Origin: Paramoeba atlantica | Lineage: Eukaryota; Protista; Discosea | Direction: 5' to 3' | Length of the DNA: 64,000 nucleotides | Assembly (NCBI GenBank): GCA_977017575.1 | Contig: CDRNVI010000003.1 | Span: forward strand, 248,001 to 312,000 | Part shown: positions 1 through 10,691 of the stretch, one piece after another | Position numbering within the stretch: the stretch's first letter is position 1 | Layout: each line of letters opens with the position of its first letter | The notes under the pieces: generated by a model | Told to the model about the DNA's origin: nothing | Seen by the model: the letters and a program-made list of their open reading frames with translations, nothing else | Database searches by the model: none | Program-made: the position numbers and the translations under genes

Positions 1-70
1 GTTAAAACAAAACGTAATTTAATTTTCATGGTTCTCGCGAACATCAAAACCAAACCCCTTTTAAAAAACC

Positions 71-457
71 GGTCAAAGGGAACCGGTTTTGCGTCAAAAA
101 ACTATATAAAAAATTGCCAAGAAGTTTTACTTTTTCTTCTTTTCTCATCACTAATGGAATGTTCTATTTTATTCATGGCTCAAAGCTTTTAGCACACTCT
201 ACACTTTGGTATACAAGCTTGTGGTCCAATAGCCATTGAATAATGTCCCTTTCGCTTATCGCTGCTAAAACTGTGTATGACCAGTTGTCGGTACAAGAAA
301 AATCAGTGCAATGCCGACAATTTATGTCCAAAGTAGCCAAAAAGGTGGAAAAGTATCAGAAAAACTGATGTATTATCTTCAAAATTGTTCTTTAGAATAA
401 TTATGACTCTTTTTCGAAAGTTTTTATCTTTTGGCGCAAAACCGATTCCCTTACACC
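71..457 (-). mobile_element. Merlin (IS1595/ISXO2-like) non-autonomous element with N-terminal transposase remnant
   Basis: ~30-bp imperfect TIRs beginning GG (GGTCAAAGGGAACCGGTTTTGCGTCAAAA / GGTGTAAGGGAATCGGTTTTGCGCCAAAA). Perfect 8-bp TSD AAAAAACC at 63-70 and 458-465. Minus-strand remnant ERDIIQWLLDHKLVYQSVECAKSFEP resembles the Merlin N-terminus. Confidence 0.75.
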
Positions 458-815
458 AAAAAACCGTATTAATAAAGCTTTTTTCTGTTGACCCCTGAAC
501 CCCACGACCGCTAAAGTTTTGGATAAATAATATTTGTACTGTACCCCCCCGTTTATAATAGCCTCGCTTTTGCCCAAATGAACCTATAAAGGGGGGAGGG
601 CGATTAAAAGTCGGCACAGAAATCGCCCTACATTTGGGAGCGAGGAACCAGGAATTATTTAATCGCTAAGTGGGCCCCTGCGCTCTGCCAAAGTAAAATG
701 TCCAGCACGAACCCGCGCCACACCTCGAAGAACCATGTGAAAATAAATATCAAAATATTTAAGATGGTGGAAGAAAATTAAAAAAATCTTCCGCGGGGAG
801 AGGTCGAGGCTATTA

Positions 816-2154
816 AACCCCTCCGCATCAAAAAGGCACCCACCCTTATTTTTCGCATGAGGGGGGCTAGGGGGGTTATCGCACCAGTTTATCGTGCAAA
901 ATTTTGAGATCTGTACGTTCCCGTTGTCTTTAGGTCATTTCGAAAAATAAAAAAAAGTTGAATTTGTTTCTATTTTTTTTTCACTTTTCATGCCAAAAAA
1001 TATGTATCGACTCCCCAGGGGTGGTCTTACAGAAAGTGGAAAAGTGTTATTACGCATGAGGCTTGGCCAAGGGGTTGCGATAAGGCAACTAGCCTGCGAG
1101 TTTAATGTCAATGTGAAGCATATTCGAAAATATTTGAAAAAAATATCGCCGGAAAATATTTATTCTCTGAGCCCTGAAATAAAAAAAAGAGTCAAAAAAC
1201 GGAGAAGCCTCGTTAAAGATACTATTGAACCTTTAGACCGAGCGGGGGTTCCCATAAATGGGTCTGCTCGCAAGATTCGCGGTAAATTGAAGAGAAAGGG
1301 TATAAATGAATCTTCAGACACCGTTAATAGAGATATACTTTCCCTTGGCTACACATATGAGTCACGGCCTTTATCTCAAGGACTGACAGAGGTGCAGAAA
1401 AACAAAAGGGTGTTGTTTGCTAAAAATTGGGAAAAGTTAAAGTGGGACACCTCTCTTTTAGTTTTCACTGATGAGAAAATATTTGATACGAATGATCATC
1501 GATCAAAAATGTGGGTAGCTCCCGGCCAAAAGCCTGTGAAGCGGCAAAGAGTGCATTGGGCACCCAAATGTCATGTGTGGGGAGTCGTGGGAGTAGGCTA
1601 TAGACACCTTGTTATTCTCCCCACCAACTCAATTACATGTGTTTCGTACATTAAAACATTAAAAAAAGTATCATTCCCCTCAAAATGTATTTTTCAGCAA
1701 GATGGGGCAACACCTCACACTGCGAAGGAAACAAAAGCGTACCTTGAGAACAGCAAAATGAAATTATTGAAAAATTGGCCGCCCAACTAACCCGATCCCC
1801 CACCAATAGAAAACGTGTGGAGCATGGTACAAAATCTTGTAGATGAATACAATCCTGCAAATAAAGAAGATCTCATAAAAAGCGTACGTAAAGCTTGGCG
1901 TAAATTTCCTCAAGATTATATTGATGATTCGGTTTTGAGCATCGATGCTCGCCTCAAAGCTTGTGTGGCGAGTAACGGAGAAAAGGTGACAAAATGGTAA
2001 TCTCTTTCTAAAATATACGTATTCGTTTCTTTTTGTCTCATTTCTTCGCGCGCAAAGTCTGTGCGTTGAGATCTGCAAAATGCAACAAAAATCAGCTCAA
2101 ACGGACATTTGACTGAAAAGTTAAGGGTGGGTGCCTTATTGGTGCGGAGGGGTT
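816..2154 (+). mobile_element. Tc1-like transposon A (DD35E), 1339 bp
   Basis: ~36-bp TIRs AACCCCTCCGCA(T/C)CAA(A/T)AAGGCACCCACCCTTA and TA TSD (814-815, 2155-2156). Confidence 0.92.
990..2000 (+). pseudogene. Tc1 transposase A with one in-frame TAA
   Basis: Motifs VFTDEKIF, HVWG, IFQQDGATPH, NWPPN*PDPPPIENVW. TAA at 1788-1790 replaces Ser of the SPD motif and the frame continues to 2000. Confidence 0.9.
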
Positions 2155-2191
2155 TATAAACAGGGGGGGGGGTACAGTAAATTCTTTTTTA

Positions 2192-2287
2192 GGCTCTTCG
2201 CTAAACGCGGTGGTCGTTTTCAACTTAGAAATCACTCATGCTGCGCGCTTCGCGTTGAAAACTACCTCCGCGTTTTAGCGAAGAGCC
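2192..2287. repeat. 96-bp palindromic mini-element, copy 1
   Basis: Arms GGCTCTTCGCTAAACGCGG..TTTTCAAC / GTTGAAAA..CCGCGTTTTAGCGAAGAGCC flanked by TA. Second copy at 23823-23917, partial arm near 45650. Confidence 0.8.
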
Positions 2288-3368
2288 TAAAAAAGAAAAA
2301 TCGACAAAAGGTCATGTATAATCTGGTTTTTTGGATGAAAAACCTCGATTTTTCGACAAAAATTGCGAAATTTTAACCCTAATTTGGGCCGTTTTTGATG
2401 CCTTACCAGTAGGGGCAGGAGGCGAATCTGTCGAAACAAACGTCGTAGAATGGCAGTAGAGGTCCAAAACTCTTAAAATACGTTTTAGGCACAGCAGCAG
2501 TAATAATTTTTGTAATAGAAATTATTAATAATTTTTATTATTATAAGAAGGTGAATTATTAATAATTATTATGAGGACTTCTTTAGCCCTCATGGGGCGT
2601 ATAGTAAGCGTACACATGTGTACATGTGGATATTTCAGAAGAGATTCTCGTCCCCCATTTTGTATGTCAAGCCCAATCGATACAGTAGCAAATGATATTC
2701 CAGGTTTAACCACGCTAATAAAATTCGTTTAAAAAGGGAAAAACAAGGACAATGATAGGAAAGCATAGAAAAAAACCCTTGTAAACGAAAAAAAAATCAA
2801 AAACAAAGGCAAGATTCAAAAGAGGTGTACTATTTTAAAATCACGGTAATACAAAGATAAATAATTATACGACTCAATGTTATGGCCATTGCTTGAAAAT
2901 TTTAAAGCCAATTTTGAAAATGCTGAAACAGTTTTTGGATGGCTCTCACTGCCATGTCTAACGTAACTAAATAGTTTCTCTTTTTTTCGAAAGTCTGTGT
3001 GAACGATGCGGATATCCTCGTTCTGCACTACCGCCCTACTTCCTACTTTTAGATTGTCCAAGGAAATACCAGCGAAGTGTAATTCCATTAGACAAATGAA
3101 TTGTCTAATTTCGGAAATTTTGACTTTGTTGGACCCCTCCTGCGCGTACCAGGGGGGTACCCCCAGGGGGGGGGGGTGGAAAATTATCGCCGTGGCCTAC
3201 TCTACTTCCCTGCGCTCGATTTTGAAAAGCAAAAAAATCGAAAAAAATTTCGCGACGCATGCCCCCTGGAATCGCGACGCATGCCCCCCCTGGACCCCCC
3301 ATTTTTTTCAATTTTTTTTCAGTTTTGGACCACCGGAGCCCCATTTTATATTTTTTTCTTCTATTATA

Positions 3369-4705
3369 GACCCCGGCTCACGAAAAGTGACCCCCTTCTT
3401 TTTTTTCGTACAAATGTCCGTTTGAGCTGATTTTTGTTGCATTTTGCAGATCTCAACACAAGGACTTTGCGCGTGAAGAAATGGGACAAAAAGAAACGAA
3501 TACGCACAATTTAGAGAAGAATTACCATTTTGTCACTTTTTCGCCCTTCAATCTTATACACTCCTTAAGTCGAGAATCAAAACTTAATACTGTTTTGTCG
3601 ATCACTTTTTGAGTTAAAGAAGACCATGCTTTACGTACACATCGGATAAGTGAAGGTTTGTCCGATGGCGTTTGTTCGTCTACCGCCTCTTGGACCATAG
3701 ACCAGACGTTTTCTATGGGGGAAAGGTCGGGCGAGCTGGGGGGCCAGTTTCTTAGAACATCACTCATTCGATTCTGAATATACTCTTTGGAGGCACGGGC
3801 AGTATGTGCCGTTGCCCCATCCTGTTGAAATACACTATTAGGGGGGAAATCTACCTGTTTTAATCTTTCTATGTACGTCTCACTTGTAATAGATGTGTCA
3901 TTTCGTAGAATAACCGAATATCTCCACCCCACTCCTACAGCACCCCAAACTTGGCATCTTGGTGCTCAACGTACTTTTTGACGCGGGGCTGCTTTTTGAC
4001 TGCGCTTTACCCACATGTGTCTTCTGCTATCGTTGGTATTAAATATCTTTTCGTTCGTAAAAATAACACGGGCAGTATCCAATTTGTAATTCAAAGCAAA
4101 TTGAACTCTTTTTTGCTTTTGTCGTTCGGTAAGCCCTTGGCATACTGGCCGAGCGGCATAATTGTAATCCAGCGATGCTAGATCTCGCTTTACAGTGCTT
4201 TGCGAAACTTGTATACCTTTTTTACACAGTTGGCCTTTTATACGCCTTGAAGAATTGAATTTTCGTACCCCAGCGGGGTCGAGAGGAGCCAATATCTTTT
4301 CAATTTTCTTTTTGCGAGATTCGATTTTTTTAATGGTCACAGGACTCAAAGTGTATTCCCCGCTACATTTTTTTTCAGATATTTTTTGATTATCCTTCTA
4401 GAGACATTAAAATCACGGGATTATTGTTTTATCGGAACACCTTCTCCCTGTCTCATCTTCAGAAGAACCTTGCCACTATCCGTAAGCCCCCCTTTTGGGA
4501 GCCGATATGGTGATTTGGTCATTTTTGGAAAAAAAGTTGAAAAACCAATTATGTTTTTTGACTAAATTTTGAAATTTTAAAATGAGCTAAAAACAGCGGG
4601 AACGTACAGATCTCGAAATTTTGAACGAAAAAGTGGTATGATAACCCACCCACGCCCTCCTGTGCTAAAAATAAGGGGGCGGTCACTTATTCATGAGCGG
4701 GGGTT
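3369..4705 (-). mobile_element. Tc1-like transposon C (DD35E), 1337 bp, paralog of A
   Basis: TIRs GACCCCGGCTCACGAAAAGTGACC / AACCCCCGCTCATGAATAAGTGACC with TA TSD (3367-3368, 4706-4707). The empty target site is visible at 25469-25470. Confidence 0.9.
3522..4522 (-). pseudogene. Tc1 transposase C, inactivated
   Basis: Starts MTKSPYRLPKGGLTDSGKVLL (paralog A: MPKNMYRLPRGGLTESGKVLL). Lesions: TAA at Leu, frameshift in an A-run, first catalytic Asp reads Asn (IFTNEKIF), in-frame TGA at 3966-3968 where A has Trp. VFQQDG...SPDLSPIE gives DD35E. Confidence 0.9.
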
Positions 4706-5167
4706 TATTACTGTGTTTCTCTTTATATTTTCACTGTTTTTGTTCACTTTTTTTCAATAATCGAGGGTAGAGCGGTAGTTATACAACCACCGCAATATTA
4801 TTGACCATATAACCGTGGGATAATACTTGTACTATTTGCAAGAAAAAAGTTCAGTATAGAGAGAAGAAATTACTAGAAAGAAAAAGAAAAAGTGTACTTC
4901 CTTACGAAAGGCTAAGAATGTTACGTAGCGGCAAGAATAACTAGAACCTATCAAAGTGATATAATAAATATAACATATTTTGAATTGCTGCACAAAATTA
5001 CTTACACTTCCATGACCTAAATGCAAGAAAGACTAAACAAAGAAGGGAAAAAGTGAAATTATTAGACTACCTAAATTACGCTCTTCCCATTTGTCTTATA
5101 TTTTATTAGTTATATTGGTGCATGGTGAATCATATTTAAACATAAAGAAAATTAACAAAGAAGCGGA

Positions 5168-6616
5168 TTACTCAGTTGACGGCTTGCTTAGGCAAAACCC
5201 TTGCTCCCAACACCATTTCCAGTAGAATTCAAGATGATGGAACCAATATGGCGAACGAGTCTTTATATCCATCGATTGAGGAAGTAAAATTGTTCTGCGT
5301 TGTACGCATACACGACGCAATACAGAAGCAAGTATGCAAACCTCTAACAGCTCACTAAAATTTTTTAAAGCGGTATACGACTCCAACAGTCGGTGTTCAG
5401 TGCGATGCATTATGTAAATTGTATTTCCCCATCTCAAATCTAAGTTATTGGAGTTTTTCACGTCAGTGGTGTAATCCATGAGCTCCATGAAAGTCTTTGA
5501 TATCGGATGGCGGCGCTGGGCGCTACCAAACATGTAGTAGTTTACCTCCACAGGGGCAGGGTAGCCTCGAAAAGGGGACACATGCACAGTGCCATTCTGG
5601 CAGAAAAACTTCGCGCTGAGATTTTCGAATCCATAGCCAGGAACGAGCGTTAAAATTCCTTGTAGGTTGGACTCGGTAGTAACCAAAAAACTTATTGGTG
5701 TATTATGATTTATATCAGAAACGGCGGAGTTATCACACAAATCAGGAAAATTGTCCACTGGTAACGCGATTTGGGGAGAAGCACTATTCAAAGTATGATT
5801 CGTAATGCATGAAAGTGAGGAGATTGGGTCGTGACGATGAAAGAAATGATGAAGGAAAGATGCCATTTGCAGGAATGGGAAGCATGTCCCTTCAACGCGA
5901 TTTTCCTGTACGATTTCAGTGACTCGACTTTGATTCTCTACTACACACGATGGAAGCGTTAGTGTAGTGGTATAAATAAACTGAAAGAAATGCCCTGTAC
6001 CTGCAATTTTCGAAGAAAGAAGCGACCCATACTGTAAAGAAGGGTCATATGGTGCATGAAGCGTAGAATGAAAGCGGATCGAACTGCTACCAATCGACGC
6101 ATCTTCCGGCACTGGAGTTACTTTCGGACTATGTGTTTGACGAAATCCTTTTCTCAGTTGCAGACCGAGACAGAACATTGGACCTATATCCTTCAAATCG
6201 ATTGCTTTTACATCGACAAGAACGCGTAGTGGAGCTCTGGGATGAATGATTCCGGATTTGCTGCAATTTTCTGAATAATTTTCATTACATTGGGTTGACA
6301 GGCTATGACTCGTTTCAAAATTTACACATTCAGCTAAGTCTTTCAATGTTTCGTTTGATCCTAAGAGCAAAGCGTCGATTCGACTTCCGTAGAGCATTTC
6401 GCGAACAGAAGAAAAAATACGTAGTCGAGTAAGGGGCAAAGACAATGAGGATATGCATCGCAAAGCATGGAATGAAAGGCCTGAGGTACCATGACTGTTT
6501 TCAAAATCGTGCTCACCGACAGCCTCGATACAGTGGCCAAGACGCAACAATGCAGAAACGTGGGTAGCAGTGTGAGTGGTGAAGCCGAATATTCCATACC
6601 GAAGTGCAAACCGCAT
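5168..6616 (-). CDS. Hypothetical protein, weak N-terminal resemblance to Gfo/Idh/MocA oxidoreductases
   Basis: 482-aa ORF co-oriented with the cluster. N-terminus LRYGIFGFTTHTATHVSALLRLGHCIEAVG loosely resembles a Rossmann start but lacks a clean GxGxxA. Confidence 0.6.
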   Translation of the reverse strand: MRFALRYGIFGFTTHTATHVSALLRLGHCIEAVGEHDFENSHGTSGLSFHALRCISSLSLPLTRLRIFSSVREMLYGSRIDALLLGSNETLKDLAECVNFETSHSLSTQCNENYSENCSKSGIIHPRAPLRVLVDVKAIDLKDIGPMFCLGLQLRKGFRQTHSPKVTPVPEDASIGSSSIRFHSTLHAPYDPSLQYGSLLSSKIAGTGHFFQFIYTTTLTLPSCVVENQSRVTEIVQENRVEGTCFPFLQMASFLHHFFHRHDPISSLSCITNHTLNSASPQIALPVDNFPDLCDNSAVSDINHNTPISFLVTTESNLQGILTLVPGYGFENLSAKFFCQNGTVHVSPFRGYPAPVEVNYYMFGSAQRRHPISKTFMELMDYTTDVKNSNNLDLRWGNTIYIMHRTEHRLLESYTALKNFSELLEVCILASVLRRVCVQRRTILLPQSMDIKTRSPYWFHHLEFYWKWCWEQGFCLSKPSTE

Positions 6617-6871
6617 TCTAGAATAAGTGTGCTTCTAAGTTTGATTCAAACGAAAAAGGTTTACATTTTTGACTACACGTTGAAGAATTAATAATTAATT
6701 TGACTTCACCACTAAAAGACTGGTGTATAGTATAAGTTATGTACGTAATGTTGAATGCTGACTTTAAAATCTTTAAAATAGTTGATTTTTTTTGTTGAAA
6801 ACTATTCAGAGGAGCAAAAAATGCTATAAGAAAAAAAGGTAGTGATGCTTCTGATGATATTTCACCTGAAA

Positions 6872-7786
6872 TCACACGCTCGTTTTCAAATCAAGAAGAG
6901 CTAGGTGCATGCCATCTGCAAAACTTTGCAGAGAATTCATTGAGATGCTTCGTGCTGTATGGCTCTCCAAAAATACAGGTGATAAGCAAGGAGAAGAATC
7001 TTTCTCTGAAGTATTTAACAATAGCGCACCACAAACCTCCTGAATAAGAGGTTCGCCGCTAAAAAGAGTAGAGAGCAAAACAAGGTACTTCCGAGCCTTC
7101 TCAAGAGATTCCGCAGACTGAGACTGAGACCTTTCGTCAACCTGAAGATACTTGCCGTCACGGGGAGAGTTCGAAGCTTTTCTCTCCGCGTGCTCACTAG
7201 TAGATTCAAGCCCTGGTGAATCCTTGAGAGTCCATTCCTTGCTCCCTACAACATTACACCGCTTCTTCAGATTTCTAACCAGCGTAAACAAGAGATGAAC
7301 CCTACTGTCCGTAAAATTTTGCTCTTGTATGCGTTGAATGGCTGGTAAAGTTTGTTTATATCTCGCGGCTAATTGATCCATAGAATTCAGTATCGTTGAA
7401 AAGTTTTGTCGGAGATACATCGTATCAGAAAGAGACCTGTCGAATCTACGAAGACGCTCAGTCCAAAGAGATTCAATACTTTGTAAGCGCAAGGTTGCAT
7501 CTTCTATTTCATGTTCAAGGACCTTGTCTTTTTCTTTGAATCTTTGTTCATCGTCTTGTATTGCATTGCTCACTTCGTCAATTTGATTTTGAATTTCACG
7601 ACGCTTTTTCCATATTTTTGAGAATTGAGTATATTCGAGAGCACCAACGGTCATCATTGTACCAGCACTCGCACCGATAATTAACCTCCGTACAATCTCA
7701 TACATAAATTTAGGAGCAGTAGTAGTAGTAACACAGTCACTATAATAGTCTTTAGTCAAAGTGTAAAATAAGAACAAATCTAACAT
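6872..7786 (-). CDS. Coiled-coil protein with N-terminal hydrophobic segment
   Basis: 304-aa ORF. LIIGASAGTMMTVGALEY is followed by a heptad-rich Q/E/K region. Confidence 0.7.
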   Translation of the reverse strand: MLDLFLFYTLTKDYYSDCVTTTTAPKFMYEIVRRLIIGASAGTMMTVGALEYTQFSKIWKKRREIQNQIDEVSNAIQDDEQRFKEKDKVLEHEIEDATLRLQSIESLWTERLRRFDRSLSDTMYLRQNFSTILNSMDQLAARYKQTLPAIQRIQEQNFTDSRVHLLFTLVRNLKKRCNVVGSKEWTLKDSPGLESTSEHAERKASNSPRDGKYLQVDERSQSQSAESLEKARKYLVLLSTLFSGEPLIQEVCGALLLNTSEKDSSPCLSPVFLESHTARSISMNSLQSFADGMHLALLDLKTSV

Positions 7787-7954
7787 GTATCACATCCATC
7801 CAATAATAAAAATAATTCACCATAACAAAACAATAGTAGATGACAGTAAAAGCTCAATGAGTTAGACTCAGACAATATTATTTCAAGATTAGCAACAGCA
7901 CCAAATTATTTTTGATGCATCGCAAGACTCATGTCAAGAGTCGAGATGTCCCTT

Positions 7955-9844
7955 TCAATTTTCTTTACGGAGAATAATCTTTAATTTTCCTGATTTTGCT
8001 TTGATGTTTAATTTATTATGGGTGTCTAGGTTTCTACCGGATCGAACATCCAATAAGGCGTGTTTTCCCACTGAATCACCCAAACCTCGAAGTTCGCTAA
8101 TAGGATCAACGCACTCTGAATGTGTTTTTGACTCAAGAGAAGCCGAACGTTTATGTTCACCTTTTTCGGACAAGGAACTGTGAGAAGCAAGTGGTTTGAA
8201 TCGAATGCGCTGTCCCTTAGGGCGTTTTAGCGTTTCTTGCCTCGTAGATAAGCTTGTCCCCGAATTGTGCGTTGTACTTAAGCGGATGTCTTGTCGCTGT
8301 TCAGAATCTACAGTCGACAAGCTTTGACTTGATAATGCCTTTTTTATTTGAGATGACCGAGTTGGGTTCTGTCCAAGAAGCGTGCTTAAACCATCTTGAT
8401 TTCTAATCGATATTTTTGCTTTTCCGAACGAAAAATCTGAGCGCACAGAACTGTCTAACGAACGATCATTTGACCCAGCGGAATACATCTTTTGCTCACG
8501 CAGTTTCTGAAAAGTAGTTGAACTGCGTGTGCTGAAGCCCCTTTTTTCATAGCTTTTGTAAAAAGTCATTTCTTCACCAGCACCGTCAGCGTCCAATTGT
8601 GTATCCATCGTGAACTGATGTTGTAGTGATTGCCGTATTTTTTCGCGATCGCACCATCGAGTATCTTGAAAATACGCGTGATTCAGGATTTCCTGCGTAG
8701 TAGGCCTTCTTCGAGGATCCCACTGTAGCAAAACTTTAATTATGTCAAGAGCATCTGGAGAAGGCATAGTTTGCGCATTGCGGAGAAGATATGAGTCAAG
8801 TGAATGATGCTTTTTCTTTTTAAGAGATCGTGTCAACGCGTTTTCTTTCGATTTACCCCCTTCTCTGGCTTTATCGCAAGCTAACTCATCAATGGCCCAA
8901 CCCAATTCAGAGGGTGGGGTCCCGAGCAGAGATCCCACGTATCCAAAGAATACCCCTTCTGCCTTGTCAAGTGGGACACTGCGCAGAAGCTCGTCGCATT
9001 CAAATAGAGGTCTACATAAAAACATTTCAGCCAAAACACACCCAAGAGACCACATGTCGGGAGCTTGCTTGTAGTCGTTGTATGTTCCAAAGTAAACTTC
9101 GGGGGCCCTATAGTATAAAGTTGCTACGCGGGGAGTAAGTTTTAAATCGCGATTTACAGTTTTTTTCATGTCATCACACGAAGAATATGGACGAGATTCG
9201 CTTGACATTCGAGAAGCGCTCCTCCATTCCCTGGCTAAACTAAAGTCACAAAGTTTCAATTCACCGCTTCTATTTATTAATATATTTGAAGTTTTGATGT
9301 CTCGATGTAAAATTTGACAGTGATGCAAAACGCAAACCGCTTGCAATAGTTGGTGAAAATAGTAAGCTACGACCTCTTGGCGCAACACGTTTGCTTTCCT
9401 GAGTACTCGATATAAATCGTATTCCATGTACTCAAACACAAGAGCTGTATATTGCATATCTTGCGAGAACAAAACCCCTTTGAGCTCTATCAATGTTGAA
9501 TTCCACACGTTTGACGTTTTCTTTAGTCCGTTAAGAAATTTCAAGATTCGGATCTCACGAATAGTGGAGGTTGGAAATCCAGATAAACGTTTGCTACGAA
9601 GTAAAAAAGCATTTCGTATTTTCTTTATCGCGAAAAGAGAGCTTGTCTTCTTACAACGAGCAAGATAAACACTCCCATACGACCCCCTGCCGAGAGTTCT
9701 GATTATTTCAAAAGCCGATTCAATGTTTGGACACGGTATCGGAAGCTCAGGCAAACAGGTATCAAGATCGTGATCATTTCGATTTTTCAACATTTCTATT
9801 TTAGTTACTGCACCATATTTACACTTGATAGGGCATTGTATCAA
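7955..9844 (-). CDS. Cdc2-related CMGC kinase (CDK9/12-like CRK)
   Basis: GRGSYGSVY, AIKK, GFPTSTIREI (PITxxRE-like), HRDIKTSN, LCDFSLAR, VATLYYRAPE, DMWSLGC, long S/K-rich C-tail. The ORF call starts at TTG; first ATG is near 9793. Confidence 0.92.
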   Translation of the reverse strand: MIQCPIKCKYGAVTKIEMLKNRNDHDLDTCLPELPIPCPNIESAFEIIRTLGRGSYGSVYLARCKKTSSLFAIKKIRNAFLLRSKRLSGFPTSTIREIRILKFLNGLKKTSNVWNSTLIELKGVLFSQDMQYTALVFEYMEYDLYRVLRKANVLRQEVVAYYFHQLLQAVCVLHHCQILHRDIKTSNILINRSGELKLCDFSLAREWRSASRMSSESRPYSSCDDMKKTVNRDLKLTPRVATLYYRAPEVYFGTYNDYKQAPDMWSLGCVLAEMFLCRPLFECDELLRSVPLDKAEGVFFGYVGSLLGTPPSELGWAIDELACDKAREGGKSKENALTRSLKKKKHHSLDSYLLRNAQTMPSPDALDIIKVLLQWDPRRRPTTQEILNHAYFQDTRWCDREKIRQSLQHQFTMDTQLDADGAGEEMTFYKSYEKRGFSTRSSTTFQKLREQKMYSAGSNDRSLDSSVRSDFSFGKAKISIRNQDGLSTLLGQNPTRSSQIKKALSSQSLSTVDSEQRQDIRLSTTHNSGTSLSTRQETLKRPKGQRIRFKPLASHSSLSEKGEHKRSASLESKTHSECVDPISELRGLGDSVGKHALLDVRSGRNLDTHNKLNIKAKSGKLKIILRKEN

Positions 9845-10071
9845 ACCGTAAGTTCGTGATATTTATGTTGGGGAAAGAGCAGCATTCTCCGAAATATTAC
9901 TCACGATACTAATTTAAGGCAAAAAGTAGCATAGTACGTTAGACTTATCTAATGAATATTAAACCATACTCCGGGTTAATACCGTTACCCCCCTAGTTAT
10001 CTCGCATTCGAAAGTACAAAAGCATATCACTCGGGATGAAATTAGCGAAATGCGACGAGTCTTTTGTAAGA

Positions 10072-10504
10072 AGAAGAACAAGAAGAAGACAGAAGAAGAC
10101 ACGTAGGGCTCTGCAGCGCCAACCGTTAGGGTAGAGTCTCAGGCCACCGACCTTCATCGTCTTGCTACCCCCTTCCCAGACGGCACTCGACGCCTTGCGG
10201 CCCGAGAACGGCTACCCAACCGTAGCTACCAGGACGGGCGTCCAACCCGTTGCATCGTGTAGGCTGTGTCTCAAGCCTCCTTTGCGTAAGCAGCTCGCAA
10301 TTTAGCGGCTGCGCTAGAGCCTGGTTCAGCTCGGCGGGTCCGGGTCGGTTCTCCAGGGGAGCGGGGTTGAGTGTGGGCCTTGAAGGCACTCCTGATCGCT
10401 TTCCCTTTGTAGTGAGGCCGCCAGGTTGCAAGTTTTGTCGATAGCGGGAATCGAACCAACAACCTGCAGGTTGTAAGGCCCACCGTCTACCAACTACGGT
10501 CTAC
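10072..10504 (-). mobile_element. tRNA-derived SINE
   Basis: A box TAGTTGGTAGA (10486-10496) and B box GGTTCGATTCC (10447-10457) in a degenerate tRNA head, GC-rich body, (GTCTTCTTCT)n-like 3' tail, 9-bp TSD TTTGTAAGA (10063-10071, 10505-10513). Confidence 0.8.
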
Positions 10505-10691
10505 TTTGTAAGAGCGTCTTCTAATTTTTGGACTACGGCAGGTTCGTGGAGCGCTGCCTAAAACACTATCGCCCAAGACTAGAGAGGGTTGTTGTGGAAA
10601 GTCTTAAAGTTATACGATCTGCAATCCCTGGTGAATCTGACTAACTTCTCGCAGTGGGATGTCAGAGATCTCTCGTGGTAAGACAAATGTA

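Larger units (their letters stand above)
539..2177. mobile_element. pogo-type MITE (~300 bp) with a Tc1 element inserted in its right TIR
   Basis: Left TIR CTGTACCCCCCCGTTTATAATAGCCTCG after TA (537-538). Removing 816-2154 plus one TA rebuilds the matching right TIR CGAGGCTATTATAAACAGGG..GTACAG followed by TA (2178-2179). Confidence 0.8.
2180..4796 (+). mobile_element. Composite non-autonomous repeat family E, copy 1 (hosts Tc1 C)
   Basis: Blocks 2180-2480, 3105-3260 and 3320-3368 joined to 4706-4796 align closely with 23810-24120, 24180-24337 and 25425-25557. Terminus ..CAACCACCGCAAT is also seen inverted at 10692. Confidence 0.7.

Noticed and set aside
10290-10362. HDV-like ribozyme or 79-bp ingi/L1Tc signature in the SINE body (CCCTGG..CCAGGCTCTAG on minus)
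   Set aside because: A P1-like and a P4-like hairpin are present, but I could not find a P2 partner or the pseudoknot. An Infernal/RNArobo search would be needed.
10437-10504. Functional tRNA-Val(TAC) gene
   Set aside because: The 5' acceptor strand is missing, the anticodon stem does not pair and the T-stem is mismatched. It lies within a TSD-bounded unit with a tail, so I treat it as a SINE head.
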